From Bugula neritina (lineage: Eukaryota > Animalia > Bryozoa), in contig OZ037767.1 of assembly GCA_964035545.1 (NCBI GenBank), positions 14,307,801 to 14,371,800 of the forward strand: a DNA stretch of 64,000 nt, in the 5' to 3' direction. The notes below the pieces were generated by a model. That model was not told the DNA's origin, made no database searches, and saw nothing but the letters and a program-made list of their open reading frames with translations. Below, piece by piece: positions 1 to 11,278 of the stretch (position 1 is its first letter; each line of letters starts with the position of its first letter). A program made the translations under genes and the position numbers.

Positions 1-1039
1 TGAGTAAGATACACATCCAACTTTACTTGTTTGTCTCCTCCTCCATGTCTTTTCTTATTATCCTTTTTAAATTCCTTTACAAATTTCTGCTCTGCATGCA
101 GCTCATCACTTGTAAAAAGCCGGTCTCTACTCTCATCACCATGGTAGTGCACAAATAAATATGTTCGAGATGACGGAATGTAGGTATCTGTAAAAACCTT
201 CCAAGCACTTTCTACAAGAAATATCGATCCAAACTTGTGTAAAATTAATTTAGATCAATATAACATTTGCTATGGTAGGTTGGCAATTATTTTAAATTAG
301 TCACTTTAATATCTGCGTTGCATATTTATACAGCCATACTCACCATACAGTATTTTTTCGAGATGGAGTCGTGTCTCCTCATCTCTATCCTTCATATCCT
401 GTGTGTACTCCCAATCTTCTTCAATACCCAAATACTGTGTTAGGTCTATGTAGTCCTGCTCTGTGAAAGCTTCCACAGTGCAGTATCGAGATGTCATCAA
501 GTAACACAATTCTTCTATATTTTGATAGTAAGGTGCAGCTACTTTAATATTCAACTCAAAGTTGTAGTCTTTAGCAAATGCTCTCAACTTTGTAGCACAA
601 TTCTTTCCTCGAGCACCACACGGAGCATAGGTAAGATACATGTCCAACTTTACTCGTTCACTTAATTCGTTCTGATATCTATTGGCATACTCGTTTCTAT
701 AAGCATTCATGAAGTTCTCCTCTGCATGTAACCCCATAGCATTTTGAAAAAATCTATTGTGATTCTCGACACTAGGGTGGCGGTGTACAAGTAAGAAGGT
801 CCTAGACTGATAATAGTTGTTATAGCCCATGTTTTTATAGTCAGACCTGACATTATCTAAAAATTATTTAGACAAGTGTAAAATAAAATAATTAATATTC
901 TTAAGAAATTCTTAGCAAAGTTAAAAAATAGTCACTTCAATATCTACATAATAATATTTGTATGTAATCATATATATATATACTCACTAATCACTCTACT
1001 ATCTGTCAATGGTAAAGGAATTCTTGGTTGATTCTGCAT
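1..1039 (-). CDS. AID/APOBEC-like cytidine deaminase with at least two tandem deaminase domains (gene A; 3' end runs off the window)
   Basis: Hand-spliced exons on the minus strand: 1039-988 (MQNQPRIPLPLTDSRVI, donor GTGAGT, phase 1); 856-344 (domain 1: RTFLLVH...GLHAEENF...KLDMYLTYAPCGARGKNC...IKVAAPYY, acceptor TTTTTAG, donor GTGAGT, phase 1); 211 to <1 (domain 2: SAWKVF...SRTYLFVH...ELHAEQKF...VKLDVYLT, acceptor TTCTTGTAG). All junctions are in frame. HxE and PCxnC are the deaminase Zn motif. Confidence 0.88.
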
Positions 1040-1576
1040 ATTCTTCTAATCCGCTGAAGTTTATTGCAACCAACTATTCATGTGTCTAGTTGTTATCTGA
1101 CACAGCATACGCGGTTGTTGAGAATCACAGGTCAGGTTTTTCAGGTTTATTAACCAATCAACTTGTCTAAAAAGTTAGCAGCCATTGTCATGTTGTTATT
1201 CACTATTGGACAAGTAAACCTAAACTATTATAGGAATAAGGTATAGGATAATTGTTTATTAATAATATTTATTTTGAGAAGTTGTCTGTGTACTCTCATC
1301 TGATTGGTCAGACTATTGAGTATATATAGCCTGAGTACCTACTTTATGGAATTATAATTGACAAAGTACACACTAAACTATATGAGTCATATTTATACCC
1401 AAGAACTAAGTATATTTTATATATCTAATCTAATATCTCGCGCAATAAATACTCAGCTACAGGATAATATGCAGCAATATACTGCCACATGCTTCATTAT
1501 ATTTCATATGGCAACACTATCAGTACAGTAAACCTGAAAAGGGTCAGCATTTTGTACTATTGCATGTATTATACTT

Positions 1577-2230
1577 ATTTTATGCAGTAACACTTATAAT
1601 ATGATATACGTATAATAGGAAGATATTAGAGCAACCTACAAGCAATGGGGATACCCATCAAATAATTCATAAGCTAAACACTTACTAAGATAGAGTGTTG
1701 AGTGAAATATTAATAATTATATTATATGCCATCACATATGTTACTACATATAATTTTAGTCCAGTATAATAAAGCGGAAGTAGACTATAAAATATCTTTG
1801 AGTAACAAATTGTATTTAGTGCCAACTTTTCTATTAAATACAGACAATAATATGCTTAAATAATCAACTTCTTAACTTGCCCAGGATTTTGCTGTTAAAA
1901 TGAAAGTATTTATAGGTGACCCAAAGATTTTTCTGTTATAAACTATAGTGTATATAAGAAGTGCAACTGAGTTAGATTGAATAGTATCATTAGTTGATCT
2001 TAGTAGGAATTTTGACATAAATTGTAATACAAAGTTAACAAAATACAGTAAAATTTTTCCTTTTGTCAATCAGAGAGGTAAACATCTGTACAATAATTAT
2101 ATATAATCTAACACACATTTGGTATAACTCTACAACTAACATATAGTTACAGGTAAAGTAGATAAAGGAATGCAGCTGCATGCAGAAAAGTATAGGTCAA
2201 GTAAAACAGGTTAAAATTCCCAGAACTCAG
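1577..2230. repeat. Local segmental duplication, module A (copy 1)
   Basis: Collinear with about 11283-11930 and about 16150-16730 (shared strings include ATTTAGTGCCAACTTTTCTAT, ACACACATTTGGTATAACT and GTTACAGGTAA); an internally deleted copy lies at about 13515-13690. Confidence 0.85.
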
Positions 2231-2392
2231 TTTTATAAATGGACCAGCTCTACATGAACTCAGTTAATTGTTTAGTTCAGGTCCATCTTGCTTCAATTTT
2301 ATAAATGGACCAGCTCTACATGAAATCAATTACTTTTTTAGTTCAGGTTCATCTTGATTCAATTTATTAAGTGGTCCAGCTCTATATGGGCT
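2230..2392. repeat. Short tandem repeat, about 67-bp unit, about 2.5 copies
   Basis: TTTTATAAATGGACCAGCTCTACATGAA...TTTAGTTCAGGT(C/T)CATCTTG occurs at about 2231 and 2297, with a partial third copy at about 2364. Confidence 0.75.
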
Positions 2393-2678
2393 GAATATGT
2401 CCAGCACTGCAAGACAGCTGCAGATGTTCCAGTTTAAGATGTAGGAAATTTTTCTTTAGTTATCAAACTATGTAGAAGTTACTATATATACCTCATTACT
2501 AATCATACAGTCTTTATAAAATGTATGTCCTGCTGTTATGATATATACTCTGTATGTATAATAAATATAAAAAGACAGAACACATGTGAACACTCAATAG
2601 AATACAAAATGTTGAGCCCTAAATATAACACTGCAGGAGAGTTAGATAATATATTATATGTGGTATATTATATACTAA

Positions 2679-3093
2679 GCCTAGGACCACACTGTGCGTA
2701 TTTTTGCATGCGAAAATTTAAAACACAAGTAGCAACGGTGTCCACTGTATGCGTTAAGAAAACATTTGCACTTGTCGCTCAGCATTCTGAACGCAGGTGC
2801 GAATCGTCTCTGTCGTCGTCACGTAATTGGCTGGTAGTTATTTAGCGAGCCCAGTTTTTTTAATTTTAGTACTACATTCCAGAAAGTTGCGTTTTATTGA
2901 AAGCGAGTACGATTGAAAAACGAAAACTTTATTTATCCCGCACTTGTAGCCATAACAACAAGGCGAGCAGTAAAGTTAAACGCAAATATTATTAGCTAGT
3001 AGTTTTCCGATCTCACTGACTCTACAGTGGACATCTTTGCTACTTGTGGTTTCAATTTTCGCATGCGAAAATACGCACAGTGTGGCCCTAGGC
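2679..3093. mobile_element. Non-autonomous PIF/Harbinger-type MITE (copy 1, 415 bp)
   Basis: About 70-bp terminal inverted repeats GCCTAGG(A/G)CCACACTGTGCGTATTTT(T/C)GCATGCGAAAAT..., flanked by a TAA/TAA 3-bp target duplication. Related copies at 5066 and 44435. Confidence 0.85.
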
Positions 3094-3149
3094 TAACATG
3101 GTATATATACAAACATATATATACCATGTATGTATAATAAATATAAATA

Positions 3150-3334
<185 letters not shown>

Positions 3335-4112
3335 ATCTATATATATGTATAATCATATACATAGTTTATGCTGAAAACTATGTTTCAGCTATAGTTAGTA
3401 GGTCTAGTCTTGTGATGCATATCTCATAATACCGAAGTTATCTCTATTATAGCATTTAGCATTTGCACACTACCTATTTTGCTTTAGTTTAGTTTTTAGT
3501 TTATTCTATGCGTTCAGTTGAGCATTTTTAGATCCAGGCTGGACGATTACAGAATTACTAAAGTTCTGCACAGTTTGGCTCCATTGAATATTATCTAAGT
3601 ATGCGATCTTATTTATAACCAGCAATACTTAACTCTATTTCTCTTAATTTTATTATTTATATTATAGATAAATATTTTTTATGTTTTGCAGGTCAAATGT
3701 CACAAAAACATCACAAAATATGCTACCATGTGTCGATAAATTACAGATAAATACTGATTCAAACACGAACATGACAGTAAAGTCACAGTTTTATAATTTA
3801 AACTCCACTATATCATACTCAACCAAAAGTTTAGAAACTTGAGGCTTGCACATTACATAAATTTATAACAAATATTTTGTAAACTGCTCAACTATATAGA
3901 AAAAATTCTATTAATGTCACAAAGAAAAGGTGTTCATACTTACAAATACAAAAAAGTGATCTCCATAGAATAAATAACAATAATTAAAATGTAGTAAATT
4001 CTACAAATTATAAAATGCTATGTAAAACTATTTTATGTTAAATTCAATTTGAAATCGTATTAAGTTCACTCAGATTATAGATGTATATTTTTGACACCAT
4101 CTCCCAACTCAT

Positions 4113-4794
4113 CTAGCTCAATAATCTACGTATATCTATGGCTTCCATTCTTTCGTTGGTTCGCTCATCTCGATTTATCATAGCCTGTGTTCGCTGCCAG
4201 CCATCTTCCAGTGGAAAACCTAAGTACTCTGCCAGCTTCCTGTAATCTCCATCTGTGAAACCATTCACATCAGTGCAGTATTGAACTTCCATCAATTCAC
4301 CTAATTCTATTTCATTTTTATAGTAAGGTGCAGCGGCTTTAATATTCAACTCAAAGTTGTATTCTTCAGCAAATTCTATCAGCTGCCCAGCACAATTCCT
4401 TCCTTGAGCACCACACGGCGCATAGGTAAGATATATGTGCAACTTTACACGTTCTACGTCTGTTTCTAATCTGTCCCCATAATCTGCTCTGTAAGCATTC
4501 ATGAAGTTCTGCTCTGCATGTGACCCCATAGTATTTTGAAATAATCCATTTTTATAACCAGTAGAGTGCACAAGTAAGAAGGCCTTTCGAGGAAAATGTG
4601 AAATGGCGATGTTTTCATAGTCTTTCCAAACATCATCTAATGGAAATATTTAGACAGGTGAAAAATAAATTAATTAATATGAAAGATTAACAGACTACAG
4701 AAATATTTATTGTCATGAATAGTATCTTCATGTAGTCATACTTACTAAGCTGTTCTTGTGTCAAGGGTAAAGCAATTTTTCCTTGATTTGCCAT
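4113..4794 (-). CDS. AID/APOBEC-like cytidine deaminase, single domain (gene B, paralog of gene A)
   Basis: Exons 4794-4746 (MANQGKIALPLTQEQL, donor GTAAGT, phase 1) and 4636-4113 (DVWKDYENIAISHFPRKAFLLVH...GSHAEQNF...KLHIYLTYAPCGAQGRNC...IKAAAPYY...RRLLS-stop). Same intron position and phase as gene A and collinear with gene A domain 1. Confidence 0.88.
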
Positions 4795-5065
4795 ATTCTT
4801 CTAATCTGCTGAAATTTATTGCAACCAACTATTCATGTGCCACAATACTGTAGTAATTGTGCAAATTATCAAGGTGGGTATTGTTTGTATGTCAGGCTAT
4901 AACTGCGTAGTTACTAGAAGATTGCGAGAAAAATCGAGTAGTGAACCTGAATAAGATTTTGTATTTACTTAACAATATACAACAACAAAAATCATATATA
5001 ATTATAGTCAAGTTTACTGAAGATATAAGAGCAGAATAACATTAACCAAATCTATGCAACAGTTA

Positions 5066-8000
5066 GCCTAGGGCCACACTGTGCGTATTTTCGCATGCAA
5101 AAATTGAAATCACAAGTAGCAAAGGTGTCCACTGTACGTGCTGAGAAAACATTCGCACTTGTCGCTCAGCATTCTGAACGCAGGTGCGAATCGTCTCTGT
5201 CGTCATCACCTAATTAGCTGGTAGTTATTCAGCAAGCTCAATTTCTTTATTTTAGTGCTACATTCCAGTAAATTGCGTTTTATTGAAAATGAGTGCGATT
5301 TAAAAATGAAAGCTTTATTTATCACGCATCACTGACGCTACAGTGGACACCTTTGCTACTTGTGGTTTCAATAGACCATGTAAGATTGGTACATTTAGTA
5401 CCTTGAACCAATTCTAGAATATCACCACTATAACTTATATAAACTTCTGCAAGTTCAAATGCAAAATGCATACTTCTAGGAAATAGCTGTGCAACTTTTA
5501 TTGCATGCATTATTTTATTTCATATCTTAAATTTATGAATCATGAGTTCATTTTTCAAAATGTTTATTTTAAGTGCTTAAAAAATGCAAATAGAAGGTAC
5601 AAGTTTAAAAAAATACCCTGGTGCGAATTGACCACAGCCCCATCTGTTTTGGCAAAACACATTTAATGACATATTCATTGACATAGTGGTAAATGGGCTG
5701 GTTGTTTATGGCAGATGGCTAGCCACGCTGTACTGCAACTTTATACAATTCTGATTGGCTAGACTCTACATGACCAGCTATTGATTGTATCTGATTGGCC
5801 TAATAATTCATTTGCATTTGAAAATGTAGAGTTTTATATAAGTTATAATGGTGATATTTTAGAGTTGGTACACACCCCTTTTTTGGTTGAGTTTTATAGT
5901 CTGATCACGCTGTAGTCATCTACAACACTTCAGTGTATGGGGAAATTATTAGTATTACGAAATCTGTTTTGGCTTATATTGCTATGCCAGTTTTCTGACT
6001 TAGTTTTTAATCAACTATATGTAGGCTGTTATAACTTAGGGTGATTTCATCAAAGGTAGACATTACTTCGGCCTTAGAACATCAAATCAACCAGTGCTGT
6101 TACTTGGTTTTATTGTAAAGCAGTAGTGAGAGCATAGCACACTAGCACAGTCACCTAGCTGCAATGGCAGTGGCCACACTAAACTCACCAGTTTTATTAA
6201 AATATCTTATGTAAGGCACTTAAAAACACTAGCCTAGTCTGTTAGTATGTAGAGCAGTAACACAGTGACAGCAGTCACACCATCCCTCTCTATCTTGTCT
6301 ACCAAGTACAGAGGTTGCAAAAATAAAAATCATTTCATGAATTAGTTTTAAATCAATGCATACTACTAAATACATTCTCATAGTCTGATTATTTTGCGCT
6401 TCAGTTTACTTAAATGTAATAATTTAAAAAATTGCTTCACACGCATATTACAAATGCATTAACCTACGCTAACCATAAATTATTTGCTTGTGTACTCACT
6501 ACTGTTTTATTTTAAATTTATTTAGCATTAGCTTTTTTAATCAATCACATATTAATCTGCAAGAGTTTAATTGCACAGCTATTAGCAATAGATAATGTAG
6601 ACATTTTGTATAAAAATTAGTATTAACATGTAATGCCTTGCATGTGGGTCTATATTGCCAGTTGGTATCATCATCATATAATACCACGTTGATAACACTT
6701 TCTTGTATACAATTTACTTAGCGAAACAGCATGATTATCCTACAAATGTAATAACATTAGCCATGGGACAATATAGTCCAGAATCTTGACTCTAGATTCT
6801 TTTAACTGTGAAGTAATCTGCCTCAAACCATTGCTGGATGAACTGTCTACACTTAGCTGTGGAGCTACTGCAATAACATCAACAATTTTACTAATGAGTT
6901 TTCAATACATGTTTTTGTCAGTTGGGTAAAATACAAAGGTTCTCTGGACTGCTAGAATAAATGGTGATTAAACATTGGATTTGATGGACATTTTTTTCAT
7001 ATTGTGTGATGCAACATGATGTTACAGAGAAAACGCTGATCCCACCAAAACTGTAATGAAGGCATTATATTTCAACACTGACTGCATGCAACATTGTTAC
7101 TAACAGAATATTATCCATACATAAGTTTGTATTTTGCAAAAATAAGCATCGAGTCTGAGCTGCCATTTTCTTTCACCCAAAAACCATTAATATCAGACTT
7201 TAGCTTACAAAGCATAGTGGTATAGCACAAGCATATACAATAGCACACCAAGAAGAATATTATTATAAAGTGCTACACTTTATCGGTTACCAAGGGTGGC
7301 TGCAGAGAGCACAGCAGACTATTATAATCTTATCTAAAAGAGGTGCAAACAGTAAGCTTACACCTCCAGGAATATTTAGGATATAAAGTCCTTTATGGAT
7401 TGATTGCTCTTTTAACCTGGATTCTAAAAATAGCAGTTAATTTAGTTTAAAGTTACTGCATTCTAGTTAGTTGAGAATGGCCTTTCTTTCCAGGTGGCAT
7501 GGCCAGGAAATAAGTATTACTGTATGAAGATCGCCATGTAGTAGAAATAGGTGTGCTCCGGAAGCACGATAGTGAAGTTTTAATGGCTGGCATATGGTAT
7601 TGGATACTAGCCCTCAGAATGCTTTTGTCATTTTCCTGCCTCAATGGTGGTTGATGATCACTTTGGGCAAGGAAAAATATGTATTGAAAACTCATTAGCA
7701 TAGCTTCAGAGCTAGGTGCAGATATTTCCTCGAACGATGACTTGAGGCTGAGAAGCTCACGTTAAATATCACTTAAAAATGAAGCAAGCTGCTAACAAAA
7801 TTACTCCATAGTAGAAAGAAACTGGACTATATTATCCTATGGCTGATGGCATTGCATTTGTGGGATAAACATGCTGTTTCACTAAGTAAATCATGTACAA
7901 ATTGGTGATGATACCAAGTAACAGTATAGACTAGCATGCCAAGCACTACACGTTAAAGCTCATTTTTATATAAATCGTTGTCTATTGCTAAAAGCTGTGC

Positions 8001-8988
8001 ATTTTAACTTCTGCAAATAAGTATGCAACCAAGTTAAAAATATTACTGTTGTAAATTCTTTTAAGTAAAATAATGGTGGGTACATAAGCAACTAATTTAT
8101 GCTTAGCACAATATGCTTACATGTGTCCGTCAGTGTGCGTGTAAATATATGCTAGTGCTGATAAATATGGTGCAGCACTGCCATTACAGTTTGCTGACTG
8201 TGCTATGCTATTGCTACTGTTTTACAATAGTAACAGCAGTGATTGATTTGCTGCACCTAAACAGTGTCTACCTTCGATGAAATCACCTAAGTTATATAGC
8301 TGCCTATGGTTTATTACAAACCAAGTCAGAAAACTGGCATAGCAATATAAGCCAAAACAGATTTCGTAATACTAATAATTTCCCCATACACTGAAGTGTT
8401 GTAGATGACTACAGCGTGATCAGACTATAAAACTCAACCAAAAAAGGGGCGTGTACCAACTCTAAAATATCACCATTATAACTTATATAAAACTCTACAT
8501 TTTCAAACAAATGAATTATTAGGCCAATCAGATACAATCATTAGCTGGTCATGTAGAGTCCAGCCAATCAGAATTGTATAAAGTTGCAGTACAGCGTGGA
8601 TAGCCATCTGCCAAAAACAACCAGCCCATTTACCACTATGTCAATGAAAATGTCATTAAATGTGTTTTGCCAAAACAGATGGGGCTGTGGTCAATTTGCA
8701 CCAGGGTATTTTTTTAAACTTGTACCTTCTATTTGCATTTTTTAAGCACTTAAAATAAACATTTTGAAAAATGAACTCATGATTCATAAATTTAAGATAT
8801 GAAATAAAATAATGCATGCAATAAAAGTTGCACAGCTATTTCCTAGAAGTATGCATTTTGCATTTGAACTTGCAGAAGTTTATATAAGTTATAGTGGTGA
8901 TATTCTAGAATTGGTTCAAGGTACTAAATGTACCAATCTTACATGGTCTATTTTCGCATGCGAAAATAAGCACAGTGTGGCCCTAGGC
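5066..8988. mobile_element. PIF/Harbinger-type MITE (copy 2) split by a nested 3.6 kb insertion
   Basis: TTA-GCCTAGGGCCACACTG at 5066 and GTGTGGCCCTAGGC-TTA at 8988. MITE parts 5066-5372 plus 8952-8988 total 344 bp, the same length as intact copy 3. Confidence 0.85.
5373..8949. mobile_element. Foldback-like DNA transposon with very long inverted arms, nested inside the MITE
   Basis: Termini AGACCATGTAAGATTGGTAC...GTACCAATCTTACATGGTCT flanked by AT/AT. The empty site TTCAATTTTCG is seen in MITE copy 1. About 630 bp of near-identical arms (5373 to about 6005 versus about 8322-8949), with diverged inverted homology continuing to about 6915 versus about 7670. No transposase ORF recognised. Confidence 0.85.
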
Positions 8989-8989
8989 T

Positions 8990-9830
8990 TACTAGACACA
9001 AAGAATCCTGGTTCTGGAAACACAATTTTACTGATTCCATTGTATAATATTTAACTGCTCTAGTTAAAAGGAGTAAATGTGAAATAATAGTAAGATGCTT
9101 GTTGTATACATGTTGTGCCTGGCACAGTTTAGCTTTGATTGTTTAGTTTACATTAAAACTTTTATACAATCGAATTACTGTTTAGCTTGTGTATTGATTT
9201 CGATTGATTTCCTATAAATTTCTATAGAAATTTCTATTTAAATAGCGTATATAAATTTTAAATAATGTTAAGATAGGTGTAGAGTTGATACACATTGCAT
9301 TTTAGCTTTTTGCTTAGAACTTTTATACAATCGAATTACTTTTTAGCTAGAATATTGATTTCAATTGATCTCCTAAAAATTTCTATATAAATAGAGTGAA
9401 TGTGAAATATTAGTAAAATATATGCAAGCTTGCATACATTACGTGCTTGACAGAGTTTAACTCTGTTTATTTGGCTCAGAACTTTCATGTTATCAATTTT
9501 TCTATCGCAGGTTTATTGAGTTTAATATATATCGAATATAGAGATTAGCACTATAGAGCTAGTTCATGCAGTAGCCATGTATTGATATACTTTCTCCTTT
9601 ATATGCTATTTATTCACCAGCATGATATTTTATGAACTCAGGCTATTTAAATGCTGCATATAGTTCGACTTGAAATATAGTTGAGTATAATAACTTAGCT
9701 TACTGGTGACATGAAAATAAAAACAGAAAATAAGATAAAGCAAACAAAACTTATGCCCTTAATTCATTAAACTCACAAAAAAGTATGTTGTGTTTGTTTT
9801 TTTTAGTGTGAAACTTTTATTTACAAATTA
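8990..9830. repeat. Local segmental duplication, module B (copy 1)
   Basis: Starts ACTAGACACAA...GTTCTGGAAAC and ends TATGTTGTGTT...AGTGTGAAA. Copies at about 12345-13350 and 14415-15120, with partial or diverged copies at about 17150-17620 and 18390-19100. Confidence 0.85.
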
Positions 9831-11278
9831 CATTATATATCCAGTATATTGTATATTACATTGTATATACAGTATATAGTAAATTACATTGTATATACAG
9901 TATATAGTATATTACATTGTATATACAGTATATAGTAAATTACATTGTATATACAGTATATAGTATATTACACTGTATATACAGTATATAGTATATTACA
10001 TTGTATATACAGTATATAGTATATTACACTGTATATACAGTATATAGTATATTACATTGTATATACAGTACATAGTATATTACATTGTATATACAGTATA
10101 TAGTATATTACATTGTATATACAGTATATAGTATATTACATTGTATATACAGTATATAGTATATTACATTGTATATACAGTATATAGTATATTACACTGT
10201 ATATACAGTATATAGTATATTACACTGTATATACAGTATATAGTATATTACACTGTATATACAGTATATAGTATATTACATTGTATATACAGTATATAGT
10301 ATATTACATTGTATATACAGTATATAGTATATTACATTGTATATACAGTATATAGTATATTACATTGTATATACAGTACATAGTATATTACATTGTATAT
10401 ACAGTACATAGTATATTACATTGTATATAGAGTATATAGTATATTACACTGTATATACAGTATATAGTATATTACATTGTATATACAGTACATAGTATAT
10501 TACATTGTATATACAGTATATAGTATATTACATTGTATATAGAGTATATAGTATATTACATTGTATATACAGTATATAGTATATTACATTGTATATACAG
10601 TATATAGTATATTACACTGTATATACAGTATATAGTATATTACACTGTATATACAGTATATAGTATATTACATTGTATATACAGTATATAGTATATTACA
10701 TTGTATATACAGTATATAGTATATTACATTGTATATACAGTATATAGTATATTACATTGTATATACAGTATATAGTATATTACATTGTATATACAGTACA
10801 TAGTATATTACATTGTATATACAGTACATAGTATATTACATTGTATATAGAGTATATAGTATATTACACTGTATATACAGTATTATAGTATATTACATTG
10901 TATATACAGTATATAGTATATTACATTGTATATACAGTATATAGTATATTACATTGTATATACAGTATATAGTATATTACATTGTATATACAGTATATAG
11001 TATATTACATTGTATATACAGTATATAGTATATTAATTTGTATATACAGTATATAGTATATTACACTGTATATACAGTATTATAGTATATTACATTGTAT
11101 ATACAGTATATAGTATATTACATTGTATATACAGTATATAGTATATTACATTGTATATACAGTATTATAGTATATTACATTGTATATACAGTATATAGTA
11201 TATTACATTGTATATACAGTATATAGTATATTACATTGTATATACAGTATTATAGTATATTACATTGTATATACAGTA
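9826..11278. repeat. 28-bp minisatellite, about 52 copies
   Basis: Unit TTACATTGTATATACAGTATATAGTATA repeated head to tail with few variants (CACTG, GTACA, AGAGT, TATTAT). Confidence 0.97.

Noticed and set aside
6920-7701. Transposase in the centre of the foldback element, including ORF 7453-7701
   Set aside because: No long ORF or DDE/THAP motif recognisable by eye; a translated search is needed to exclude decayed remnants.
5322-9054. Near-identical ORFs MHAIKVAQLFPRS on opposite strands (5322-5510 and 8812-9054)
   Set aside because: A consequence of the inverted arms; they cross the element boundary and show no domain.
9826-11278. 28-bp repeat as a CRISPR array
   Set aside because: Units are contiguous with no unique spacers, there are no cas genes, and the context is eukaryotic.
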